From: Balanoglossus misakiensis
Lineage: Eukaryota; Animalia; Hemichordata
Direction: 5' to 3'
DNA length: 64,000 bases
Assembly: GCA_040954595.2 (NCBI GenBank)
Contig: CM082593.2
Location: 4,171,434 to 4,235,433, forward strand
Shown: positions 48,901 through 61,478 of the stretch, one piece after another
Position numbering within the stretch: the stretch's first letter is position 1
Layout: each line of letters begins with the position of its first letter
Program-made: the position numbers and the translations under genes
The notes under the pieces: model-generated
The model's input: only the letters and a program-made list of their open reading frames with translations
Databases searched by the model: none
What the model was told of the DNA's origin: nothing

Positions 48901-51900
48901 CAACTCAATTAACAGATCAAATCTCAAATGTCGAGGTAATTGAACATATAGCATGCTTGCATTCGTTTGATCAGGCTGTGTGCTATAGGATTATTATTAT
49001 TGATGTATATCTCTGGTAACACATTCTGCACAGATCTATCATTGTTAAATTCTTTTGTGCCGAATCTCAAAATAGCAAATGTTCAATTTAGTTTTAACAG
49101 AGACAGGCAGCTATCAATTTTCAGCCAATTTGTGTCGGACATCTGATATGTAGTGTCGCATCTAACCGTCACATGTCTGAGGGTCTTTTTCAAGCTGGCC
49201 TGCCTTGAACAACCTCTCCTAGCGCCTGATGACATCTTCATTGAACACCAAGATAGTCCGCGGACAAAGCGTATTACTATTTGTATAGAATCGCGCGGCT
49301 GAATCGGTTTATGGAGTAGATGAATTTCTGCATTTCACAACGAAACATATTTTGAACGTGACGACAGTCAGGAAACCGAAGCAGTCATCTCCTTTTGATG
49401 ATTTTTTGTGCATTAATTCACCTGGACGAGATTAAACGAATGAATACAAATCGATTTTACTTCAGAATAGCGGCATGCTGGGGAAAAAAAGAAATAATCG
49501 ACCCCAATGCCCATAACAACGGAGAGAAATCATGAAGAGGATTTGCAACTTTCGCTCAGCAATGGTGAGATGTAAACTGTCTCCATCAGGAAGGAAGGGA
49601 GGAAGCCTCACAATGCAGGAATATAGATTTCCAATATGGCAGCCCCTTTCAATTAACCCTACATAATCCCATTTCAAGCGATATGAGGAAAACACGTAAT
49701 GTCGTGCGTACTTGTGCGCAGATTGGAGTCTGTCAGCAAGACAGTAGAATTAAAGAATAACGGAAAAGCTAACCAAGATAAGACTTATAATATATTAATA
49801 TACCGGAGAAGAATTTGACAGATGATCAGGAAACGAATATTCAAAAGCGGAGAATTAGCGCCACAAGACTATCAGGCCGGGCATTCATCCTGTCCAGCAA
49901 ATCCGAGATCCCCAAGATGGAGACTCTTTGTTCCAGCCCCACAGTCTCAGCCGCAAGTCAGGACACAAGTTTTCCTACTTTCAACTAAAATGTTATTCTT
50001 GCTGTTCTCATGGCAGTGAAAAGTTAGTTCCTTGGGTTTCGAACAATTGTTTCTCGGTATGCGCTGATCATCGGTGGCTGATCAGATGGTACAAGTCGGC
50101 ATTTTCAGAACAACGGATGGAGGATCACGAAAGCGGCGTTGTGAGCGATAATAGGCTCTCATCCTCCCCTCATCCAAGGCCTATCTGTACTAAAAGTGTT
50201 CTTGAAAAATACCGACTAGTACAGAAGATGAAAATTGAGGTTTTTAAGAGTTGGCCAAGACAGGCAAGTAAGGGTTTTATTACCCGATTGATGACTTGGT
50301 TGCTAAGGACTTGACGGCAAGCATTCACAAAATGTACTATTATACTCTCATTGGCGTTAAATCGGTTATCGGCAAGGTTGTTGCACGGCTATACCTGGCC
50401 ATGATTTAATTCATGAGACTGCAGGCTGTATATTTTTACGCTAACATGACAAGCAATTGTTGTCACTGCTCGCAAGCAAACTTTCATAAGATTGTGTATT
50501 CGGAACCCAATGGGTACCGTAGTTTTGGCATACAAGCTATATTCCGTGTAGAGGTGCGGGTTATGGCTGACAGTGGCGCGATATAGTTGCTATAGGTACG
50601 CAATGTAATGTTAGAGCGGAAAGTCAATTATACAGTGTGTTTGGTTATCAACTCATTGTCATGTGCTATCGCCAGATGAGAATTTTCATCCGTTGGTGCC
50701 TGGTGAACGACACAGCGACAGCAATTGATGCAATTCACCGGATTTCAACAGTTGTAACATATATCTACCAATCACTTTGCGCGTCTCACAACAAACCCAA
50801 TCTCACGCTTCTTCTCCTTCCAGCTATTAAGAATCAAAAGCTTTGATGCAAAAGGGAGGTCGAAATAAGGGGGAGAGGGATATTAAACAGAAAAGCAAAA
50901 TAGACAAGCTCGCGATACAATGTATAACCTAAGGGGCCCTAATCCGCTGAGATTAAATATCTTCTTATCTTTTGTCAAAGGATTAAACCCGAATCTCTAT
51001 CCCTATGATCATCGACGTCCATATGTCCTTAATCCTATCCTTACCTTGCGCAGGTTCCCTTGTCTACTTATTGTAACACCTCAATCGCAAGTATTTCCAA
51101 TTATTTCGGATAAAAACGCGGCAAGTGCTACTGAACACCGAGTGTGGGTGGGAAGAGGGGTGAGGGGGGGGGGTGTATCACAGATATAATCCCCGCCTGT
51201 GTGTTTTTCTAGGTCAGGCTATAAGCCCCGGATAACACCGTCTTGAATGCGACTAACCTTGTGCAAAATTGGAAGATCAAAATCAGATATAAATTTGGAA
51301 AATATAAATCATCCAAATGATTTTTATAATCTGAGTTTTTTCCCAATGTAATATGTGACGCCTGTGTGGCCGGAACATCTGAATGTTCAGAGACCAGCAG
51401 TGAACAAACCTATGTAAATATTTCACAGTGTACATACAAAAGACATCAACCTGAGTATTTAATAACACTCACACAATACATGACAATAATGAGGATGGCA
51501 CTTCACAAAAGTTGCGGGTCTGCTTACAACACAGCGTGAATCATTAGGCTAAACAAACACTCAAACGCCAATGTTTGTCGGAGACAAATTCATGGCTCCA
51601 TTGTTACACGAAAAAAATAATAAAGTAAGGAAACATTTCGTTTAATGATCAATTTAATTAAAATGATCATCGAAGGCACTATTTTAAGGCATAATTAAAA
51701 ACGCTAATTAAAGGCAATATTTTAGTGTCCCTATGCGCATAACCTAATCTAGATTTCTCGACAGCAATGTGAGCATTTTCGAACGCCTGACCAATCACCC
51801 GTGGCTTTTGCGGTGTGGAATTGTGCCTCGCCGGAATCCATGTTTTTATCGACGAAAGAAACTGTGGCTTAATCTCATATAATATTCAGCATGATGAAAT

Positions 51901-54388
51901 CATTGAGGTTACGGTAGTTTGGCGAGCCGCGTCGCTGTTTTTACGGGCTTGTGCCACTGAGCACGAAGAGAAATAAGTACCTTACATGTAAAATGACAGA
52001 GGTAATGTGCACGCGAATGGATTTCTAGCAGAATGGGTGTTTTTTTATCGGTCGGCGTCGTCACGTCGATAGTCGTGACAAGCGACCTGATTTGAGAAAA
52101 GAAAGGAACAACAGAACCTGCAAAATAATGGAGTCTAACAAATAAAATTTAACTGGGGAGTTATGAACAACGTTTTAATTGCCAGTAACATGCACGAATG
52201 GTATACTGTGCAAAAAAGCCACAAAAATGGCCAACTGGAAAAATATCGAAGAAATTCAGAAGAGATGTATTATGTCGTCTGCTTCATTCATTTCTAATTG
52301 CGTCACCGATTTTCAGTGAAGTCGATGGTGTTAAAACGGATAAAAGACACACAACAGAATAGAGAATAGGAGTAACTCGGCGGAATCCTATTAGATCGGT
52401 GCAGATTGAGGGCTTTTCCGTCCGCTACATAATTTACCGTGACTAGATGTACACCGAGGTCACCAGCAATGTACATACACATTATGTCGTCTGGCAAGTG
52501 TGTGTAATGAAGTAATCGCGAAGGGTGAACAGAATATAATATCTGATATCCTGGCACTAGACTCCCACATGTAAACAGTGCTATGAAAATCAACATTAGA
52601 ACGGTACGCTTGTTGAGCCCACTGAAAGATGTCGTCTGACGCAGAGATGATTTCCTTCCTACGGCAGGAAATCAAACCTCGTTGTAATATGTAATCGTTA
52701 TTACCCCCCATTTTGTTAATATTTTGGAACAATATCACCCCAATTAGACTGCCCGTGGTGGCGGCGTCTTTAAACCTAAAATTATGATGTTTGAGGAGAG
52801 TGGAAATTCAGATAATTTTTTTTTCCAGTAAGGCATCTCCGGCTCAGACATGGCTATTATTAAATCTCGACCAGCATATCAAACAGCTGTGTTCCCCTGC
52901 CTTATTGGACTCGATGGCTATGAATGCACGCATAGGAAGGTCGACCTAATTTATACGAATATTATCAGTTTCAGGGCGAGCAGTGCTGCCGACGTGAATT
53001 ATATTCGTTGGTGACTCAACTGTTATGCATCGTGTTTTTTTCCCCATCTCCAGTTCCTAATTGCAGGTGATAATGGGCTAGTTTGACCAAGACGACACGT
53101 TTTCAGTTGGCGATACATGCTCATTTACAGTGCGGCGCCTTGTTATTCGGAATTTTCGAAGTCATGCTTTAATCACGATAGATATGACAGAGGATTTCTT
53201 TTATCAGATATATTTGCGTTCGATTATTCTCCCGATTTGCAAGACTATGGCGTGTGAAGTGCAGTCGGCGTGGACGTCATGACTAGTGAATGCAAGAAAG
53301 CAGCTCGTTAAGCGCGGGTTGTAGTGTGAAGTGCCCGGAGTACATCATTCTTAACACTGCCACTTTTGTCCGCATCGCAGCAAATTTCAGATGCACAGTA
53401 TCTGTAATTTATTTTAATCCCCCTCAGTATTTTTGATGGAGATCGGAATTGCACGTTGTTGATGTTTCTCCCAAAGGATGTTAAACAGCGAATATTTGAC
53501 TATTTATATTTAGTGTGTGTGTCGTGACTGTGTTATAGTACACAACCAGCGTGTACAGACTGAAATACATGCACTGTTGTTGCTTACAAATCAATTGCAG
53601 TAGTATACAGATTTAGCAACCGTGACGGTAAACATAGCCTTGGGCATGTGTACATGACATCAACATGTTGACCACAACAACTTAAATCAATTTCATATGG
53701 AAAATATTGAAATAATAAAACAGAAATTACAGGCAATCTTCCCTGGATCGTAAAGCTTAATATATTGGATATTAAAACGAATAAAAGTAACGAAATGCTT
53801 GTGATTTTCAAGCGCAGTGAAATAAAATACGAATTCACGCCTTCAAGTATCGATTGAAGAGCTGGAACTGCGAAAGATGACAAGTTGCGCGGGCGTCATC
53901 TTATAATTCACTTAAATTCGTGATTATTAATCACAGGGGCGATTTTTTTGCAGGACAATTGTGATTTAACGTTATTGTGAGTGACATTCAATGCGCTTGA
54001 TATTTATTGTTTTCGCGAGTGTGTACGTCACACATGTTAAAATTAATGACATTGTGATTCCGTTTTTTTTTTCTCTCGCAGGCACAGCGGGCTTGCCTCG
54101 TTGTAGATTCTTTTACTGTGATAGAATAAAATATCGGCATGGACAAAAATACGAGTGATGAACAGATATTTAAGGCCGATATTAGTATTATATGCCGGTA
54201 TGATGGCAATCGAGAGTAAACCATGTTAAAATGTATGACAGAGAGGCGTGTGGCTGACATACCATACATGCCGCCATCGAAAAGACACACCTTTCCATAT
54301 CCTAGCTTCTGTGTGCTTACATTTTAGAATTTAACAAAATATGGCAGGGTTCTGCGAACTGAAACAACCTATCGGGGTCTTCACTTAC

Positions 54389-54680
54389 CGCTAGAGCTGC
54401 CCAGTAATTGTCAGCGACGGTGAGGCGGCGAAACGCAGAGCTGCATCCGTTATTGCCGCAAAATAATGCGAAGGAGCGTAATATGGTGATAGGCACTGCA
54501 CCGTGTGCGGATATGTACCGCTCTGAGCTAGAGCCACTCTCAGGTCACATTCAAAAGGTTGTTAATTTGCATAATCGAATGACGGATGAACTCCCAGCTG
54601 TTGGATCACACAGGCGGCGACGTGTACAGGTCAAATTGCGCATGCTCTCTCATTATAAGAGATTTCTTGTATAATATTTG
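54389..54680 (-). promoter_or_regulatory. Candidate non-coding first exon and TATA-like promoter for the 481-aa gene
   Basis: Minus-strand donor CG|GTAAGT at 54388-54383 ends a GC-richer block, with TATAA-like sequences at ~54652-54675. Linkage to the acceptor at 42645 is inference. Confidence 0.35.
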
Positions 54681-57639
54681 CGGAAATTACGGGCATGTGT
54701 GATTGCCTTGCGATGTTCAATTGACTGAGGAAACCCCTCCTGGAAAAGTGAGCCGCGATGCAGTCATCAAAGAGCATGAGTTACTGCCGGTTGCCTTGTC
54801 AAAAACGAAGGCCTTCCGCTGTTCAACAAATCAATTTCAAATGCTTGAAACCAACAGTGAGAAAACAAAAATCTAAATTTACCCCACCATATCCAAACCC
54901 AACTACCGTGATACTTGAAAATTCGAAAACATGTTGAATTACGCAACGTACTGATTAAAAAAAGATGTACCATCTAATTGCCATTCGTTATATATTATAA
55001 TTATTCATTCCAAACGGGCTGTCGCAGTATCCATTTCGCAGCTAAAAATAAAAGCAAATCAACTGCGCAGACGCTAAAACACCCTCTGGTACTTTCCATC
55101 TATTTATTGGATATATTTCCATGACTCAAGGCACTTTTCTCGCCAAATGTTCAAATGATATTGAGAAATATGTTTACAAAACACTTGCAGAGTCAAAGAG
55201 TACATTTTATTACAACTTCACTTGCCCCTAGTGACGTGGTCTCATAAATTTAAATATACAAGCGTGCAAAAGCTTGTCAGCCACCTAATTTCATAAGAAA
55301 GTCTTGTAGCCAATGCAAGAAGTCGGTTAATCATTCATTTTAACAGTGTGTTGTGCAACTCACGCCCTGATGAAATTTACCCGTCAATCTAGCATTCGCA
55401 AAACGATAGGGAGCTCGGGCCCCGAACGCCTCCCACCCACAGGCACTGTTTTGTTTCGTTAACGCTTCCACGCACTTCATATCGCCTAAAAGAACCATGA
55501 GGGTTACAATGCATAACACCACACTTAGCAACGCAGACGATAATAGGCGGTGCACTTCAATCGCACCTCTCCATCAAGCTTCCCGCACCAACAGGTTATC
55601 GATACCCACGCGCTGAATGATAACTATTTGATAATTGAATGGCGCAACGATCATGTCTGATTTGGAGACGAGAACGACGCGCTCATTCATGCGACGCAGC
55701 TGCGTGGGTGACGGAGTTGGCCAGGGCATTGCTCATCTCTATCAAGGGGAATAATGACTAGATGATACGCCAGTAAAGACAGATTCCCTTTGTGCTGCAC
55801 ACGGTGAGAGCTCCAAGGACGCCAACGACGTATTTCCTGCACTTGAAAAACGTAAAGCCCACGCAAGGCGAGTGACTACACGCATAAAACTCCTTCACAG
55901 ACAAGACAATCATTACGTTTTCGCGTGTTCACGATAATTCGACACCATGGCGTCTCCTTAAGACAGTTTTTTTTCTCTTTTCAAGCCAAGCTTGACATTC
56001 CGATCACCCCATCCTTGCAATTACTTTGCAAAACGCTGAAATCTTCGCGACGGGATAACGGCTAATTTTGTCGTTCAGGCGAATTCAAGGGTTCTGTAAT
56101 TTGTATATTTTGCAGGAGGGTACATAAATTAGGCGATGTATAACAGTCATCATTTTCAGACAGTACGGAAGGTAGTTGGATGCAGCAATGAGTGCATGTA
56201 GCGGAAAACTATAATTGTCTTGCACCGAGAAGTTAACAAACATGGCTTACATTTTGGCCGGGCAGGAATTGCAGAATGTCGTTTATGTTCGCTAGCTTAA
56301 AATCAATTATATCTCTGCCTGCTGTACATCATGTTTACAACGACATGAGTGACATATTCTACCGTTCAGTCTCAGTATCAAACTCGCATCAGCGATAAAA
56401 TATGTGCCACTTCAAATGTAGGCACTCAAAGGCCACGAACCATACTGCACATGTCAACATTTATTGTACCATTTTCAAGGCAGTACTTATTACAAAACAG
56501 AAAGACCACTTCTTAGTACGATAGTCATTTCACATAATGGTGCAATTGAAAGCAATTTGTGCACTTGAGTACCATGTATAGTATGCACATATGGTATGTC
56601 ACAAAACAAATGTAGTATTTACCTTTCAGCCTATAGCGGTTAACCCTGTTTAACCGTTAACATATATACACTCTGATGAAACAAAATAATATGCCATTTT
56701 CAATAGGTGTCTGTCGACCAAAGGATTAAAATATGCCATTTCTGCAAGTGTTAAATCTTACAAAACAGTAAACCACTGTAAATAAGCACATTTTACCACA
56801 AAGGTGTTGGCCGCAAAACGCCACAAGCCACACTAAGTGTGGCCGCTCCATCTAAAATGGCCAGAAACCAAGAAGCAGTAATCTTTGATGAATGTACAGA
56901 GAACTGACGTCATCAGAGAAAAGAGAGAGCAGGAAATGTGGCAATCAAATTCCAATAATGGAGAACTTGAGGAGGAAATTCAAGGCGAAGTTCATATCAT
57001 CCTGGGAATTGCCAAGAATCGCACTGGAATTTTATCGTCTAAGGAAGGAATGGTCCTGCCCAGATCCGGAAAATGACATTTACTCTAGCCTGAAACTCCT
57101 GGAAAAAAATTGGGTTAAATGCATGGTCGCGGTTTAGCAAGATTTTATAAACTATCGACCGTACCATCATGAAATGTCAAATAAGCATATCGGGGAAAAA
57201 TCTGGCGACATTAATGAGGTTTGGAACACGTTCTGACACAATTACTGGAGAATTCACTCCCAGAAAAATGACGCCTCTGACCTCACACACTGTTTGAAAT
57301 TGTCTAAAACTAACTCCTTCAAAACCTCTATTAAGGTAAGACGCAAAAGAATTTCCTGGAATGAAGTCAATTGACCTCATGAATGGATATAAATCGTTTC
57401 TCCCCTCGGCATGATGCGAGTATTTGATTGACGAAAACGTCCGTTCTTGCAAAGGGGAAATTCTACACATTATAACCACCGGCGTCTGAATCAGCATGTC
57501 GTGAGCTTTATGGTACGAAAACCATTACAAACATCTGAGAAATAAACAGTTATATTGACAGTCTACGTGGGGTGATTAAGCTCAGAATGTTGGATGCTGT
57601 TGTTGAAACATGTCCAGTACATTTCTCTAAGTTGGTAAC

Positions 57640-57810
57640 ACCCTCACGCTAAGATATTGGCGGCCATGACACTTTTGTGCTCTCATTCAAAATTTTGAGC
57701 CGTGAGCCCCAGATTAGATTTTCTATTTTAAGAGCGAATAATCTACATTTCCTTGAGTACAATATAAGAAAATCTGTTTTAAGACTTTGATTTTCGAGGT
57801 GCACACTTAA
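57640..57810. mobile_element. Possible eroded end of a TTAA-terminated non-autonomous DNA element
   Basis: Ends ...TTTTCGAGGTGCACACTTAA, resembling termini of short TTAA-flanked repeats I associate with marine deuterostome genomes. No partner terminus found. Confidence 0.2.
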
Positions 57811-60800
57811 CATTACAACATGGATACGAAGATGGATAAAAGCACCGTTTGTGCTTCATTTTGTTTCTGGCATTGGAATGGACAAAAGATTATGTCTTGT
57901 TAGCGCCGCCGTGGGGGAAGCTGCCTCTAATGATTACCCCTCTCTTCGTTGGTGTATTCTATATGTCATTCCATGCACCCACCCTATCTCCTATTCTATC
58001 TAATTGGGTAATTTGATAGATGTATATCACGCCTGTTTTGCTCTCCACGATGGAAACCCCCACGGTATTAAAACGGTAGCCAATGTGCACGGAGTCTACT
58101 CAGACTATTAGCGCTTTATCGCACCTGAGAGTTTGGCGGACTCTCTAATTTATCGCCACTTGTCAATAACACCCTTGTGAAGTCACTTGGGAGGGGGTTA
58201 CCTTCGTTGAAAAAAAACATGGACTTGATCGTGAGTTCATGTTTCGTAGTAGACAGCTTCCTTGGTTGCTGTTGTAGCACACGCTAGTATCCTGCGTGGG
58301 CGTGCCTTGCCTTTCAATCCACACAGTGCGCGCGCACCACTGGTGATATCACGTGATTCATTCTGATGTATCTCATTGGACGTTCCTCTGTGAAGTTTGG
58401 CATGTCTCCCACGTGCTCATACATTTACATGTATAGACCAGTTTTATACATTTTGGAATACGTACCAGTTATGATGAATTGAGAGAGATAGCAATATTAA
58501 TTTTATTTTACATCACCTTAGTAAAATACTTTCATCTTGTATACTGTGCGAGACTTGACAGAATGTGGGTTTTTATTCAACAAGGCAAGAGAATGTTGAA
58601 ACGTTTTGAGAGAGATGCCAGAAAAGATTTGCCAATGGAGATAGTCAGTCGTGACATTGACGCGAGCGAGATTGATCCTTTCCTAAGAGAACCTTCTATC
58701 TCTTAGTAGGTTTGCGTAGTTTTTCAAATGCTTTGGGCTCAACGTGATAATACCTGAACTGAAGAGCAGCTGTCCGATTAAACGAAGCACAGAACAGCAG
58801 GGGTTGCGATAACAGTATGCTGTCCGAGGTTTATACGCACACAATCGCCATGGTTACTGTTGAATGAGGTAGAAGCCTGTGTTTGAAGCGCGTGATACGA
58901 AAAACCAGACGCAATCAAATTTTTATGACTGTGCCTGGCAAATCCAGGGGAGAAGTATCGCGTGGCTTTGATACTGTCATCACAGAAACTCGTGACGTTA
59001 CGCGTTCACGTTTTATACGTAAAACGTGTAGCCGAACCTGTCTACTATGGGACAACATGACATCATTATTTTTCACGTCAACTAAATCCGTGAAAATGTT
59101 CCTGGAAACCACAACTGAAGGTAAAGCCTTAAGTTTGCCTATTAAAACTGGTGAAAGTTGAGGGGTTTTAAAGTTTCTGAAAACATACAAGACTAATTAG
59201 ATTTTATCAGAAAGATAGCCAGGAATAATCCGAGGATCTTGTAGACGTCAGAGTCGGAATCACTAGAAAGGTGAGGAGTTATCCGAAACCTTTTCAAAGA
59301 GGTTAATTGGATTGTATGACTTGTTTTGTGGGTTTTTATGCTAGAAAGAACAAGCTTATGGTGATGGAGAATACTGAATATGATAGATCAAAGAACGGCG
59401 ACAGCGACAGGAGGAAATGAGAAAGAAAATACCAATGGGTCGTTTCCGGTTCCACGATGCATTGCGCGCAACCAATCAGTTGAACAGAACTGCAGACACT
59501 TGGACAGTTCACATTTGCATTCGTCGTTTGGCTACTGTACTACGCGTAATTGCGATTTTTATGAAATGCATCTTCGATGTGAAGTAGAACATAAAAATCG
59601 TCTTATTTCTTATTTACATGTCATACATAGTATAAAACAGTTGTTGAATTGCATGATGGAATACTTATAAAAGTCACGTGGTTAAGATGAAAAACATTAC
59701 AGTGAACCAGTGAGTCTTAAAATGATAAGAGTTGAACAACAGACTATCTGTTCTGTTCAATTGGACGCTACATGCATTTATTCTAAACTTTAACACACAG
59801 GGAGAATGCAAACTTAATTTCTGCCACGGGGCAATTGTCTACTCATTTCTTTTTGCTGGTATTAACCACACAGCAAGCAATCATAGAAGTTAATTGTGTG
59901 AGTCGTCGATATAGTCAAGCAACAAAAGATCCCATCATCGCAAGCTTTCATCAGGACTCCTTCGCAGTACTTAATTACCCAGAACGAGTCTAGAATTTAT
60001 CATGATATTTGGAGCTGCAGCTTAGGGCGATATAAATAATGTTTACTTTAGCAGTTAATGCATCTTTAATGTGATGAGGAAATGTAATAATATACTCAAT
60101 ATATTCCCAATCATTCTCTATAACCCTGCTACGGGTTTATCAGCTTTTGAAATTAAGGGACACTCGGATTCATCCTGGCCTAAGTGAAAACTCCAAATGC
60201 CATTGAAGCATAATTGACCAGTATTGTACCGCAGTGAGGCAATAACATAATTTTCGAAAATGTTTGAAAAAATGCCTTTTCACCCATCTCAAAACTCATG
60301 ATAATTGCTCCAAAACTGACAGTTTGTATCCACTCAGCTAAAGGGCGGCAAAAACTCCATATCCAGTGATCCATGCAATGGCACCTACAGAGTGCAGCTA
60401 CATGCCGTTATAATGATGAAGACACTACAATGCAGACCACCATTAATAGGATACAAGATGATTGCATGTTTCAGAGTCCCTGGTGCTCTTTTTGTACACA
60501 ATCTCATAAGCCTGTTGTTAGACAACATGGCCATCTGTTCTAAACTGGTTCTAAATCAGTCCGGCAATTTATATGTATTATTACTATTATTGCCGGAGTT
60601 TATCATACAACACATGTATTGTCAAAGACATGCGATTTCGTGGACAATACCAAAGCATACAAATGAAAATAAAACTTGCCTATGGACAATTATTTTAATC
60701 AATTTGAAATAAAGTGATTGAATATAATGAAAAATATGCAGCATGCTGTATCAAAATTGCAAAATCAAGGTTGAATTCCTCTACTTCAGTACCTGTACTG

Positions 60801-61478
60801 ACCTAAATTGACCCTTTCAATGCCAAGGTCAACTTTTCCTCATTTTCCTCAAATTTAACTCTCAGAACTTTCATTGCAAAGACATGTGGCATTCACTGAA
60901 AGGATTAATGTGATATTAGCAGTGGAATGATAATCCCTAATTCTCCAATCCAAGATAAACCGGATAACCCACATTTATACAATATCTGTTGTTGAGTCTG
61001 TATAATGAGGATATCATTTTCACATGAAAAATTCACTCGCATTGCTTCTGCATCACTGCTCAGTTTATGCTGCTCATCAGTTATTCATATTACACTCTCA
61101 TCCCTCCAGAGGAATTTGTCAGAAGACATACCAGTTATTAGTCACATCTGAATGAATCAGAGTCATTCACACGGAAAATTGGTGAACTTGCTTTCAGTTA
61201 AAGTTTCTCAGAAATGAACTGAAGGATCGGTCATCAAAAATTGATATGCTCTGAGGGAACATGCTGAAAATAATAAGCTAAATTTTGCACTATGCAGGGA
61301 CATGTTCTGAAGTTTCTATATCTGATCGTAATTTGTCATGATTTTTGGTACAAATTTTACCTGAAGATACTAAGGTATGATTTGCCACAGAAATTAAATG
61401 CTGCTACTTGTAAATTAATTTCGATACATAATTGGCAGTTTTCAAAGAAGCAGTGTTCCTCACAGCTTGTTCTGTTCA

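Noticed and set aside
58883-59190. Overlapping 91-92 aa ORFs and a small CACGTTTTA-tacg-TAAAACGTG hairpin as a gene or exon
   Set aside because: No recognisable domain, no linked exons or credible start; the length is compatible with chance.
49200-61100. CTGATGA motifs as hammerhead ribozyme cores (e.g. ~49226, ~55367, ~61075 minus)
   Set aside because: No stem II followed by GAAA and no flanking helices were found.
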